Of a stretch of DNA of 64,000 nucleotides, positions 63,305-64,000 are shown piece by piece. The stretch spans positions 3,137 through 67,136 of the forward strand of contig JAMXCX010000001.1 of the NCBI GenBank assembly GCA_024542985.1. Direction: 5' to 3'. The notes beneath the pieces are model-generated. The model searched no databases and had not been told where the DNA came from. It saw nothing but the letters and a program-made list of their open reading frames with translations. Each line of letters begins with the position of its first letter. The first letter of the stretch is position 1. This DNA is from Candidatus Omnitrophota bacterium (GTDB lineage: Bacteria > Omnitrophota > Gorgyraeia > Duberdicusellales > 4484-171). Position numbers and translations under genes: made by a program.

Positions 63305-64000
63305 TTAACTCTTGGGCTTTTTATATTTTATAAAATTATATATATTTAAAATTGCCGCTGGGGTGATACCGCTTATTTTAAGAGCCTCATCCAAAGAAGA
63401 AGGCTTAAACCTCTCCAATTTTTCTCTTACCTCTTTCGATAACGAATCAATATGACTGTAATCCATCCTAGGCATTTTGATCCTTTCGAGATTTTTTAAC
63501 TCTTTGCGCCATATTGATTCCCGGCGTAAAAATCCTTCATATTTTGCAATTATTTCTATTTCCCTTCTGATACTTAAATCTTTTATTTTTTCTCCTAATT
63601 GTCTTTCGACTGCCTTAAAAGACACTTTGGGGTTTTTAAACATATCAAAGAGAGAAATTCTCTTATTAGCAAACACTACTTTTTTATTCTTTAGCTTCTC
63701 AATGCTTTCGGCAATTTTTTCCTTTTTATCCAAGCTAAGCTTATAATCACTCTTTGTCAGTAAACCTAAATTATACCCGTAAGCAGCCAGCCTGATATCG
63801 GCGTTGCTTTCCCGCAACGAAAGACGAAATTCACTTCGCGAGGTAAACATACGATATGGCTCATCTACCCCTTTAGTAGTTAAATCATCTGCCAAAACTC
63901 CTATATAGGCCATATCTCTTTTTAAAATAAACGGCTTCTCATCTTTTATACTCAAAGCGGCATTTATCCCCGCAATTAATCCTTGAGCGGCAGCTTCCTC
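63305..64000 (-). CDS. mnmG: tRNA U34 modification enzyme MnmG/GidA, 3' part (5' end outside the window)
   Basis: Frame is open to the window edge: EEAAAQGLIAGINAA, AYIGVL.DDL.TKG..EPYRMFTSR.E.RL.LR..NAD.RL. Confidence 0.95.
   Translation of the reverse strand, partial: EEAAAQGLIAGINAALSIKDEKPFILKRDMAYIGVLADDLTTKGVDEPYRMFTSRSEFRLSLRESNADIRLAAYGYNLGLLTKSDYKLSLDKKEKIAESIEKLKNKKVVFANKRISLFDMFKNPKVSFKAVERQLGEKIKDLSIRREIEIIAKYEGFLRRESIWRKELKNLERIKMPRMDYSHIDSLSKEVREKLERFKPSSLDEALKISGITPAAILNIYNFIKYKKPKS

Overview
AT-rich chromosomal segment of a diderm, LPS-making bacterium; nearly all genes are on the minus strand. Gene order and style (msbA/gnnA-like/lpxB, ptsN-yvcK-ptsH-ptsI, short EF-Ts, non-Gly prepilin sites) suggest a PVC-group organism, possibly Candidatus Omnitrophota; this is inference only. 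Most of the window is housekeeping: glycine cleavage and lipoylation, CoA, AddAB, riboflavin, His, aromatic amino acids, recA, lepAB, PTS, rpsB-tsf-pyrH-frr and three tRNAs. Two things stand out. (1) A 6.1-kb, 7-gene cassette (754-6892) splits the gcv-lipM-lipA run. It encodes three N-methyl-type pilins, a PilX-like protein, two tandem secreted paralogs and a secreted protein with about 38 Cys. By eye, the C-terminal extension of one pilin and all three secreted proteins share the same strand-by-strand beta-sandwich pattern. This suggests an undescribed hetero-oligomeric pilus-tip adhesin in which a pilin-anchored domain recruits non-pilin homologous subunits. (2) Intergenic spaces hold several families of modular, nested palindromic repeats: a fixed-flank/variable-hairpin module, a CCTGCCTRCCGGYAGGCAGG palindrome, TAAA-loop IS200/IS605-like ends, and heptamer tandems. 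These include a 257-bp nested inverted-repeat element and an insertion next to a duplicated 5' end of tRNA-Gly. No transposase, integrase or CRISPR array was seen. All alignments and counts were made by eye.
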